Of a DNA stretch of 64,000 nucleotides, positions 10,062 to 18,327 are shown piece by piece. Within the stretch, counting starts at the first letter, position 1; each line of letters starts with the position of its first letter. This DNA is from Candidatus Pollutiaquabacter aromativorans (lineage in GTDB: Bacteria > Bacteroidota > Bacteroidia > AKYH767-A > 2013-40CM-41-45): contig CP185379.1 in assembly GCA_049177215.1 (NCBI GenBank), forward strand, positions 352,957 to 416,956. Reading direction: 5' to 3'. A program made the translations under genes and the position numbers. Under the pieces are notes generated by a model, which was given only the letters and a program-made list of their open reading frames with translations, was not told where the DNA came from and ran no database searches.

Positions 10062-10598
10062 TCAGTCGGGCAGTGGACCGCTCTTGAACGCTTCGTGATC
10101 GGAAAAGTCCTTCACCACTTTGGCAGGAACCCCGGCCGCAAGACAACGGGGCGGCACATCCTTGGTTACCACCGAGCCGGTCGCGATCACCGCTTCGTCG
10201 CCGATGGTGATGCCCGGAGCGATGGTGACGTTCGGCATGATCCAGACGCCGCGCCCGATGCGGGTTTGCATGACTTTGCGCGGATATATTTTTTTCAATC
10301 GTGTATTCGACGGAATGTTCGCGTGCGCGGTGATGATGGTCCGGTCGCCTACGGAGGTGTGATCGCCGATGAAGATCTGATCGGTGAAGACGCGGTCGAA
10401 CATCACTTCATGACCGATGTACACGTCCTTGCCGATGTTCACGCCGCGCCACCGGTGGATGACCGTACGCCAGCTTTTGATGAAACAGAAGAACGCGAGC
10501 TTGTCAAGGAAAAACCGCCAGACGAATTTGATCGCGTAGCGCAACTTGCCCAGCGTGCCTTTGTATCCGTAAAAATCCAGTACTTCTTGTGCCGGCAT
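10062..10598 (-). CDS. hexapeptide-repeat (left-handed beta-helix) sugar O-acetyltransferase, WcaF/NeuD-like
   Basis: 178 aa. Hexapeptide repeats 'IGDHTSVGDRTIITAHANI' and 'RGVWIMPNVTIAPGITIGDEAVIATGSVV' are present. The context is a polysaccharide locus. Confidence 0.75.
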   Translation of the reverse strand: MPAQEVLDFYGYKGTLGKLRYAIKFVWRFFLDKLAFFCFIKSWRTVIHRWRGVNIGKDVYIGHEVMFDRVFTDQIFIGDHTSVGDRTIITAHANIPSNTRLKKIYPRKVMQTRIGRGVWIMPNVTIAPGITIGDEAVIATGSVVTKDVPPRCLAAGVPAKVVKDFSDHEAFKSGPLPD

Positions 10599-10609
10599 AC
10601 AACGTGTGA

Positions 10610-11548
10610 TTAGTCGTTCAGAAACCCTTGTCGCTTTGCGTACTCGCGTACGGTGATGAATTCATACCCGCGCGATTGATAGAAGCGGATGAATTGTTCG
10701 TACAGCGGGATCGCTTTGCGTCCCAGGTTTTTCACTTTCATTTTCCCACGGACCACATCGTTCAGGAGGTATTTGACCGGGTTGTTGGTTCGTCGTGCGA
10801 TGGTGCGGTGTTCGGTATGTTCTTCGATGAATTCGTTCGGATGCACGTCGAATACCATCGGTTTTCCGTTGGAACGGGTCTCGGCATGCAACAGCCGTTG
10901 TTGCAGACTGGTGACACCAGGGAAGAGGCGTAGCGTTGTCCCTACGAATGGGAACAACAGTGCGGTCAGCGGTACCTCTACGATCGGTCCGTTACCTTTT
11001 CGAAAGAGATTATCGGGATCGGTGCGGTAGGGGAGGCGCGGAGCCTTGAGCCAGTTCAGTTTCTTCATGCCGCCGAACGACAGAAACATGTCGAAGCGTT
11101 GGGAAGCCACGGAACTGTCGGTGCGGTAACCCGCTTCAGCCAATGCGCGGGGCGTATGTTCGTTGACACGCAGCGCAGGTGCACGAAACGAAACGACCGC
11201 CTGACCGGAAATGTCTTCCAGGACCTTGCGCGAACGCTGCAGGTGCTCGACTTGTTTCGCATATGGCAGCACGTCGAATGCTTCATCCACTTCGTGGGTC
11301 CAGCCATGCGAGGCTACTTCGTGACCGTCGGCCAGGATGGCGCGCACGACTTCCGGAAACTTAACTGCCATGTCACCCACAAAGTAAAACGTACTCTTCA
11401 CGCCGAACTTTTTATAAATGTCCAGCAGGATCGGCATGCCCTCGTCGCGTACCTTCTCGCCGGTTTCGTCGCGCAGCGTATTGAACCAGATCGAATGTGT
11501 TTCCACATCGTTGGTCAGCAGACAATATTTCTTGTTTCTATCAGGCAT
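10610..11548 (-). CDS. polysaccharide deacetylase (NodB/CE4 family)
   Basis: 312 aa. It has NodB motifs: 'TFYFVGD' (Asp motif) and 'DGHEVASHGWTHE' (His-His zinc motif). Confidence 0.8.
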   Translation of the reverse strand: MPDRNKKYCLLTNDVETHSIWFNTLRDETGEKVRDEGMPILLDIYKKFGVKSTFYFVGDMAVKFPEVVRAILADGHEVASHGWTHEVDEAFDVLPYAKQVEHLQRSRKVLEDISGQAVVSFRAPALRVNEHTPRALAEAGYRTDSSVASQRFDMFLSFGGMKKLNWLKAPRLPYRTDPDNLFRKGNGPIVEVPLTALLFPFVGTTLRLFPGVTSLQQRLLHAETRSNGKPMVFDVHPNEFIEEHTEHRTIARRTNNPVKYLLNDVVRGKMKVKNLGRKAIPLYEQFIRFYQSRGYEFITVREYAKRQGFLND

Positions 11549-12065
11549 TCGGGTGAGCGGGTAGCGGGCTTTGCGAACACGCGGTCTCCAGGGAAAAAAG
11601 CCCTTTCCCAGTCTGATATTATACTAATTCCTGACGGAGTAGGTTGCTCCCGCCGCGGGCTTTTCGCGCAATTTCGGCTTTTTTTCAGGTAGAAAATTAC
11701 AGCCCCGAAAATCGTCAAACCGTAAGAAAATCGCGTGATTTAGCCCAAAGACCGCGCTGGAAGCGGATTTTCTACAAGAAAGGTTGCTCCAACTGAATCC
11801 TTGCACTATATTCGAAACTGCAAACAGCAACAATCGAGTACCAGGGGAAGCATCAAGGCCCTTACGTGAAACACACACCAGGACTGGGATAGCGGCTGCG
11901 AACCGTTTCTATCCATCCCGGCTCACCAAGGATCTTCGACGGAAATGAATGGGGTTCATTCCGGAATACCGAAGACTGCCTTAATCCTGTAATGATTCGG
12001 CTGAGTTTCGTTTGCGTCCGCTTTACCACGGGGTAATTTGCTATTCCCCCTTGTAGGGCTGCGCT

Positions 12066-13244
12066 ATGAAGAAGAACGGAAGGACCACCAATAACCGGAA
12101 CCTGCTGCAGGACCTTCGCTGGAATGTGTTCAGCGGTAACGGTAATGCCGCGCTTGCCTGGCAACAACCCAGAAAGCAGGGTGCTTCCCGGAAGAAACGG
12201 TACAGCCCGCGTCCGCATCTCGAGAAGATCGGCGGGATGGAGCCGCAGGTGCGTGCCTTCATCGAACGTTTCGTAGAACTGTCGGGGAAGAAAGTTTCCA
12301 TCGTCCGCACCTCGATCGCGGAAAGCGTACGGCAGTTGCCCGACTCCTGTGAAGCGATCGTCAACCTCAAGCGCCTGAACGACATCCGATCGATCAACGC
12401 GTTTCTCAGCGCTGCGAACCGCGGATTACCGCTCGGCGGAACCTACGTCGGTTGTGTGGAGACCAAGTACCTCCGCCGCCAGCGCGTGTTGCATAAGTAT
12501 CCGTTCGGGATCAATTACTTCATGATCCTGGTCGACTTCATCTACAAGCGCGTTTTCCCGAAACTTCCCTTGACCCGCGACCTGTATCGTTTCCTGACCG
12601 GTGACCGGAACAAGATCCTCTCCAAGACCGAAGCCCTGGGGCGTCTCTACGCAGCGGGTTTCGAACTCGAAGAGAAGAAGTTCATCGGCAACCTGCTCTG
12701 GTTCGTCGTGCGGAAGGTCAAAGACCCGCTCTTTGATTATGAACCCGTCTACGGACCCATCTTCAAGATGCGTCGGCATGGAAAGGGCGGCAAGGTGATC
12801 CATGTCTATAAGATGCGGACCATGCATGCCTATTCCGAGTACATCCAGAAATACGTTTACGAAAACCACAACCTGGCTGAAGGCGGAAAGCTCAACAATG
12901 ATTTCCGCGTATCATCCCTCGGCAAATTATTCCGGAAATACTGGGTCGATGAACTCCCGATGATCCTCAATCTGCTGAAAGGTGACTTGAAGATCGTAGG
13001 CGTCCGGCCGCTGAGTAGTCATTACCTCAGCCTGTATTCGGAAGAATTGCGGGAAGTCCGGAAGCGACACAAGCCCGGACTGATTCCTCCTTTTTATGTC
13101 GACCTGCCCAAGACGCTCGACGAGATCCAGGCATCGGAACTGCGCTACCTGCGCGCTTACGAAAAACAACCGTTGCTGACCGACCTGCGTTATTTCTGTC
13201 GCGCTGCGTTCAACATCCTCGTCAAAATGGCCCGGTCCAAGTAA
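12066..13244 (+). CDS. initiating sugar transferase (bacterial sugar transferase / polyprenyl-phosphate glycosylphosphotransferase C-terminal domain family)
   Basis: The C-terminal region 'FRVSSLGKLFRKYWVDELPMILNLLKGDLKIVGVRPL' matches the conserved PHPT catalytic block (DELPQL..VL.GdMS.VGPRP). The true start may be an internal Met (e.g. 'MEPQV' at 12235). It is preceded by a 517-bp non-coding region. Confidence 0.7.
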   Translation: MKKNGRTTNNRNLLQDLRWNVFSGNGNAALAWQQPRKQGASRKKRYSPRPHLEKIGGMEPQVRAFIERFVELSGKKVSIVRTSIAESVRQLPDSCEAIVNLKRLNDIRSINAFLSAANRGLPLGGTYVGCVETKYLRRQRVLHKYPFGINYFMILVDFIYKRVFPKLPLTRDLYRFLTGDRNKILSKTEALGRLYAAGFELEEKKFIGNLLWFVVRKVKDPLFDYEPVYGPIFKMRRHGKGGKVIHVYKMRTMHAYSEYIQKYVYENHNLAEGGKLNNDFRVSSLGKLFRKYWVDELPMILNLLKGDLKIVGVRPLSSHYLSLYSEELREVRKRHKPGLIPPFYVDLPKTLDEIQASELRYLRAYEKQPLLTDLRYFCRAAFNILVKMARSK

Positions 13245-13302
13245 CACCGGCTGCTCGTCGTAACGGAAACCGATCGATTACGATTTCCACCAAAAATATC
13301 TT

Positions 13303-13346
13303 GAACTGCCGGCCACTGCCGGCCACTGCCGGCAGTTCTGCTTTTA
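13303..13346 (+). terminator. intrinsic terminator hairpin after the sugar transferase gene
   Basis: A perfect 11-bp inverted repeat 'gaactgccggc'(13303-13313) / 'gccggcagttc'(13328-13338) encloses a 'cactgccggccact' loop. It is followed by 'tgcttttacat'. Confidence 0.6.
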
Positions 13347-13492
13347 CATAGTGGAGTCTACCCGGTTGCGCCGATCGGGAGCATCATACTCGTTAGTTCG
13401 GAATAATGCCGAACCGTCTTGCACATTCCCACTTTTATCGTAACTTGTAACTGCCGAACCGGTTTGGAGCCCGGGATCGGCGCTGCGATTTC

Positions 13493-13789
13493 ATGGTCAC
13501 CGAAGCTGCTCAGGCGTTTCAGTTATTTTATCCCACCGAGAAAGTATTCCGGGTGGTGTCTTCCGGCGCTTTGAAACGGGCAGGGTATAAGGTCATTTCC
13601 TCCTGCGACAAAAGCCGGCAGATTCGGTTGCGCAGAAACCTGTTTCCATTTCGTCACCGCGATGTGATCGTCCACCTGCGAAAAGACGGCGACAACCTCA
13701 CGCGCAACGAGATCCGACGCGATTGTGAACGCAAATGCGTCAAAGACCTCTGCCACGAAGTGGCTGAAGCGTTTTTCCGGATATTCTGA
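13493..13789 (+). CDS. small hypothetical ORF (98 aa); weak support
   Basis: This is an open frame only, with no recognisable motif. It lies between convergent genes and could be non-coding. Confidence 0.15.
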   Translation: MVTEAAQAFQLFYPTEKVFRVVSSGALKRAGYKVISSCDKSRQIRLRRNLFPFRHRDVIVHLRKDGDNLTRNEIRRDCERKCVKDLCHEVAEAFFRIF

Positions 13790-13896
13790 TCAAACTAAGT
13801 CAATGACTGCCGTGACGACGTGATAGAATTCACGCCCGACTTTGCTGTAAGACTGAAGCCCGCGCCACCATTCGGGCGTGCGAGGATCTTTGCTGG

Positions 13897-15456
13897 TCAT
13901 TCTGCGATCAACTTGACCACTTCCGTGCCGGTACCTGCAGTGACTCTTAAAAAATAGACACCACTGGCTTGAGCGGGTAGTCGCAATCTTCCTGTTTCCG
14001 AGGTGACCGCGAAGTGCGCTTTGCTGAAGACGGTCTTTCCTGTAACGTCCAACAATTCAACGCTCACATTCCTGAGCTCCTTCTTGAATTGCAAATTGAA
14101 TCCGTCCCGCGACGGATTGGGGAAGATCGTAAAGTCGACTCCGATCCCATTCGATGCCGGAACACCGGAAGTCAGATTCATCATATCGAATTTGATGGCC
14201 TCCAGCGGTGAAACGAATCCACCGGTATCCACCACCTGTTTCCAACTGCAGATGGCTTCCGTTCCGGAGACCTCGCTGATGCAAGTGGCCGGATATGGCG
14301 TACTGAAGCGAAGCGTATCGGGGTATACATAGGATAAATCAATCCACATTCCCCCGGCATCCTGTGAGCGGTAGTAGAATGGAAGCTCCCCGTCAACGGA
14401 GTTGTAGAACGTAGCGGTGAAGAATCCTCCTGCGTTCTGGCTGTACGCTTGCGCGGGCAGGGTGGAATTGTCCAGAGAGCCATCCACGGTTTCGAGCCCC
14501 CACGTTCCGCCCGGTGTTGCAGGAAGGAAAAAAGAAACCATGTCTTTAGTAGCGTTTCCGGGATTGTCGGCCACGGCGAAGATGGAAGTGGAAAAGCCCC
14601 CTGCGCTGTTAGGCGTTAGGGAACTCTGCATGCAGATCTCCGGACTGCCGCAAATGGCATTCGTGAACGAGAAAAGCGTATCGACATTCAGCGGTACCGT
14701 GAACCAGGAAGGCAATCCGGCAATGGTAAAGAGTACCGATAAATGGCCGTTTCGCTCAGCTACGATCCCGAACCGGCCGTCGCTGCCTCCCTGTCCGGTG
14801 CCGTAGGAAATATCAACCTTCCCATAGCTTCCTGCTGTGGAGTCGAGCCAGTAGGGGCCGTCAAAATTCAATCCGCCATCTTCCGAGAGGTAATAATTCA
14901 GCGAGTCGACCGAAGCGCTGTTCCGGACAGAATAGGCGATGGCCACCGAGTAGGGTGAGGAAGTACTCATCGGGTACTTACTGTCGGTGGCCAGGGCGAT
15001 ATCCGTTATGGCGTAGGTGGTGAAATCGCCGAGCTGTACTTCCGTTCCCACCGGGATACCGGACGAGGCATCGTAGCAACGGACTATACCGAAGTTCTCC
15101 GGCCCTCCGTTTCCCGGGCCCAATAGCGCCAGGACAATCCGGAGATTCAGCGTGTCGGTACCGGCAACCAGCATATCCTCGATCTGCGGATACCAGCCCG
15201 ATGCGCCGGGTACACTGAAGTCGATGACGGTTTGCCAGGTATTGCCGTTGTCCTTGGAAACGGACACCCGGTAACCGGTCATCGGCATACTGTAATAATT
15301 GAACGCATTGTAAATCCAACCGTTGAATGCGACAGACAAGAATTGTTCCCGCACCTCGTAGTCGGGATCGACGAAAATGGTCCGGTCAGGGCCAAAACTC
15401 TGCGCAAAGGCGGAGACATTCAGGAAGGTGAGCAAAAGGAGGAAATAGGATTTCAT
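13897..15456 (-). CDS. secreted protein with a C-terminal T9SS type-A sorting domain (Por_Secre_tail-like)
   Basis: 519 aa. The signal peptide is 'MKSYFLLLLTFLNVSAFAQ'. The last ~80 aa ('FTIFPNPSRDGFNLQF...ASGVYFLRVTAGTGTEVVKLIAE') have the typical type-A CTD pattern (P-N-P, G-x-Y-f-l-r-v, K-l-i at the end). Confidence 0.75.
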   Translation of the reverse strand: MKSYFLLLLTFLNVSAFAQSFGPDRTIFVDPDYEVREQFLSVAFNGWIYNAFNYYSMPMTGYRVSVSKDNGNTWQTVIDFSVPGASGWYPQIEDMLVAGTDTLNLRIVLALLGPGNGGPENFGIVRCYDASSGIPVGTEVQLGDFTTYAITDIALATDSKYPMSTSSPYSVAIAYSVRNSASVDSLNYYLSEDGGLNFDGPYWLDSTAGSYGKVDISYGTGQGGSDGRFGIVAERNGHLSVLFTIAGLPSWFTVPLNVDTLFSFTNAICGSPEICMQSSLTPNSAGGFSTSIFAVADNPGNATKDMVSFFLPATPGGTWGLETVDGSLDNSTLPAQAYSQNAGGFFTATFYNSVDGELPFYYRSQDAGGMWIDLSYVYPDTLRFSTPYPATCISEVSGTEAICSWKQVVDTGGFVSPLEAIKFDMMNLTSGVPASNGIGVDFTIFPNPSRDGFNLQFKKELRNVSVELLDVTGKTVFSKAHFAVTSETGRLRLPAQASGVYFLRVTAGTGTEVVKLIAE

Positions 15457-15552
15457 GGTGATGTTTTTTTGTGAAAGTAAGAGATTGCGGGAATAAAAAA
15501 AATGAGCGGGGTGGGTGAGGGGGCGGGAGGATGGTAACTGGTAACTGGAAAC

Positions 15553-15651
15553 TAGATATTAGATATTAGATATTGGTTATTTGTGGTTCGATATTATAAA
15601 CTCGAAACTCGAAACTCGAAACTCGAAACCGGAAACCCGAAACCCGAAACC
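15553..15651. repeat. heptanucleotide tandem repeats: (GATATTA)3, then (CTCGAAA)4-(CCGGAAA)-(CCCGAAA)2
   Basis: Read directly: 'agatattagatattagatatt' at 15553-15573 and 'ctcgaaactcgaaactcgaaactcgaaaccggaaacccgaaacccgaaacc' at 15601-15651. Confidence 0.9.
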
Positions 15652-15946
15652 ATGAACCTCAGTCGGGAGCGACACGCGCGTGCCCTCCTCACCACCCGTC
15701 CCGTGCTCGCTCGTCATGGAACGTCGTGTACGTTCATCAGCAATCCTGTCTGACGAGCTCGCCCGGGGCTAGCTTACAACGCCACTGAAGCCGATCACCG
15801 GTCACCGGTCTGGCTTCATTGTCATGGGCCACAGGTAGGGGGAACTATAATTACGCCCCTCCGGGGCTGTGAATTGGAATAGAAGGACATTGTCAAAGAT
15901 GTTGGACCCCTCCGGGGTCGCCTAAACTTCCAGTTATATTTTTCTA

Positions 15947-16005
15947 CAAATCACCAATTACAAATCACTAATTACAAATCACTAATCTCCATTCTCCATT
16001 CTCCC
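15947..16005. repeat. tandem repeats (AATTACAAATCACT ~2.5 copies; TCCATTC x2) immediately upstream of the wzi-like start
   Basis: 'caaatcaccaattacaaatcactaattacaaatcactaatctccattctccattctccc'. Confidence 0.85.
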
Positions 16006-16040
16006 TTGCATACCTCCCCATCCCTTCCTACCTTGATCGC

Positions 16041-17724
16041 ATGCTGCGACTATTGTTAGTGCTCATGATCGCGACCGGTCTGTCGGCCCGCGCGCAGGAA
16101 GTCTACGTGCACGTTTCGAATACCGATCTCTATACCTACATCGACGAACTGGCCAATGCCGGCATCACGGAACTGAACTCGGCGGTCAAGCCGTATAGCC
16201 GGACGTTCATCGCTTCGGTGCTGTCGGAAGCGGATCGCCGCAGAAGCGAATTGAATGCGCGACAGCAGCAATGAACTGGATTTTTACCTGCGGGATTTTA
16301 GGAAGGAACTCCAGGCCTACCGTAACCCGAACGAAACCCGCAACGGCCACGACCAAGAAATGAACCTGGCCGGTAAGCGACTGGGCGGCTACAAGGGACG
16401 GGAGACCCGACTCGATTTGTTCTACTACCAGGATTCGCTGTTCACCTTCACCGTCAACCCGATCCTGGGCGGCGAACTGTTCAGCAACGACTCCGGTTCG
16501 TTCCGGAAGATCTGGAACGGAGGAGAGGCCTGGGGGTACATCGGGCCGCATACCGGTTTCTATTTCAGCCTGCGCGACAACCGCGAGTCCCGGCGACTGA
16601 GCGACCCCTTGTACCTGAACCAGTACCCGGCATCCAACTACAAACCCGATTCCGACGGCGGCGGCGATTTTGACGAAGTGCGCGGTGGCTTCATGATGAG
16701 TTGGAAGTGGGGGAGTGTGGGCTTGTTGAAAGACAACCCCGTCTGGGGCGACAACTACCATGGCGCGAACATCCTGTCGGACCACGTGCCCAGCTACGCC
16801 CACATCCGCCTCCACATGAAGCCGACGCGCTGGTTCGATTTCAACTACCTCCACGGCTGGCTGGTTTCCGACGCGATCGACAGCGCCAGGATCTACCCGC
16901 AGGGAATCAGCAACCGCATTGTGTACCGGCAGAAGTTCGTTGCCGCCAACCTGTTCACCTTCACTCCCTGGAAACGGTTCAACTTTTCTTTCGGAAACTC
17001 GATCGTCTACGGCGACCAGCCCGTCCATCCGGTCATGCTGATCCCGTTCCTGTTCTATAAGAGCGTCGACCACTGGCTGACGTCCACCGGCAGCAATTTC
17101 CTCGGCCAGAATTCGCAGCTCTTCTTCAACATCAGTTCCCGCAACATCCGCAACCTGCACCTGTACAGTTCGCTCTTCATCGATGAGCTGAGCCTGAGCA
17201 ACGCCCTCGACGAAGACAAATCCTCGAACATCTTTTCAGCCAAGATCGGCGCCCGGATGAGCAATTTCCTGGTGAAGAACCTGTTCCTGACCGGCGAATA
17301 CACCCGGAGCAATCCGATCACCTACCGGCACTACATCCCGACCGCGTCCTTTTCATCGAACAGTTTCAACATGGGGCACTACCTCGGCGACAATGCCCAG
17401 GAGATCTACCTGTCGGTAGGGTATAAGCCGGTAGCGCGGTTATGGGTGGAGGCCTCCTGGAGCATCGCCCAGAAAGGGCAGGAGTATCCGTACGACGGTC
17501 GTTCAAGCGGGTTCAACGGGAAGGGACTTCCCTTCATCGACCGGGTCTTCTGGCAAGCCGAAGAGATCGGGCTCCAGGCCCGCTACCAGGTCATCAACGA
17601 CGGCTGGGTCTTCGCCCGCTTCCTCAGCAGCGACCACCACGGAGCCATGGTCGATACCTACACCATGCCCTGGTTCCGCGGGGAGCTCAGCACGCTGAGC
17701 TTCGGAGCAGACTTCGGTTTTTGA
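16041..17724 (+). pseudogene. wzi: Wzi-family capsule-assembly outer-membrane protein candidate, interrupted by one apparent frameshift near 16250-16275
   Basis: ORF 16041..16274 has a signal peptide plus the N-terminal helical segment 'VHVSNTDLYTYIDELANAGITELNSAVKPYSRTFIASVL', which resembles the Wzi N-terminus ('NDLRNDLAWLSDRGVI.LSLSTWPLS'). ORF 16255..17724 in another frame continues as a beta-rich OMP ending in the aromatic C-terminus 'LSFGADFGF'. The two frames overlap by 20 nt. Confidence 0.5.
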
Positions 17725-17734
17725 AGGGTAAATA

Positions 17735-17807
17735 GTTTCGCGTTTCCGGTTTCGTGTTTCGCGTTATTCAACCAACCAGAAACCGGAAACTGGAAACCCG
17801 AAACCCG
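17735..17807. repeat. opposed heptad arrays (GTTTCGC/GTTTCCG x4 and GAAACCG/GAAACCC x4) forming a long imperfect palindrome; includes a perfect 12-bp stem, so it is a possible terminator for the wzi-like gene
   Basis: 'gtttcgcgtttccggtttcgtgtttcgcg' at 17735-17763 and 'gaaaccggaaactggaaacccgaaacccg' at 17779-17807. The 12-bp stem is 'gtttccggtttc' (17742-17753) against 'gaaaccggaaac' (17779-17790), with no U-tract. The right arm is nearly identical to 15625-15651. Confidence 0.8.
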
Positions 17808-17889
17808 TAACTTTTTCTCGTCCCTCCTCCCGGCACGGTCCTTGCTACCCGCCACAACAACCACGCCGTTTGTATTTTTTTTCTTTTAA

Positions 17890-17918
17890 CCCGGAACCCG
17901 AAACCCGGAACCCGGAAC
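17890..17918. repeat. heptad tandem repeat (CCCGGAA/CCCGAAA)x4
   Basis: 'cccggaacccgaaacccggaacccggaac'. Confidence 0.85.
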
Positions 17919-18327
17919 AAACAACCCTCGCGTCGTTCACCACGCTTTTCCCCCCATTGGCCAAAAGGCTACGATTTAATTACAAGCCGGTCTTGTAATC
18001 GTCCCGGCTATTTCTTAATATTCGGAATTGAAAATGCGCTGAAAAGCAAGCCTGCTGCGGGTTTCGTTAACAGATGTTGATAAATCAGGCTTGGAAAAGT
18101 GTCAGAAAAAAATCATCTTTGATTCGTCCGTAGTATCAACCTGCGGACGAATGGGGAACACAGAATAAACTCAAGCTGCGTGAAACACTGCTACCCGACG
18201 TGTAATCGGTCTTGTCATCTTCTGCTCAACGCGAATGCAGCGTCGTGCTCAGGCACCGCTGCATTTTTCATTATACACTCCCGATAATTCATCAACTCAA
18301 ACCAATAATTAACTAACACACACCAAC

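Noticed and set aside
13250-13500. Possible tRNA or other RNA gene, or mobile element, in the AT-richer spacers (11550-12065, 13250-13500, 46882-47428, 51000-51336)
   Set aside because: I could not trace a cloverleaf with a conserved T-loop or anticodon stem by eye. I saw no transposase or integrase ORF and no terminal inverted repeats beyond the terminator hairpins. A tRNA scan would be needed to be sure.
16207-17160. 317-aa minus-strand ORF within the wzi-like gene
   Set aside because: It is antisense to a gene with a signal peptide and an OMP C-terminus, and it is Val/Ala/Gly-rich as expected for GC-rich antisense.
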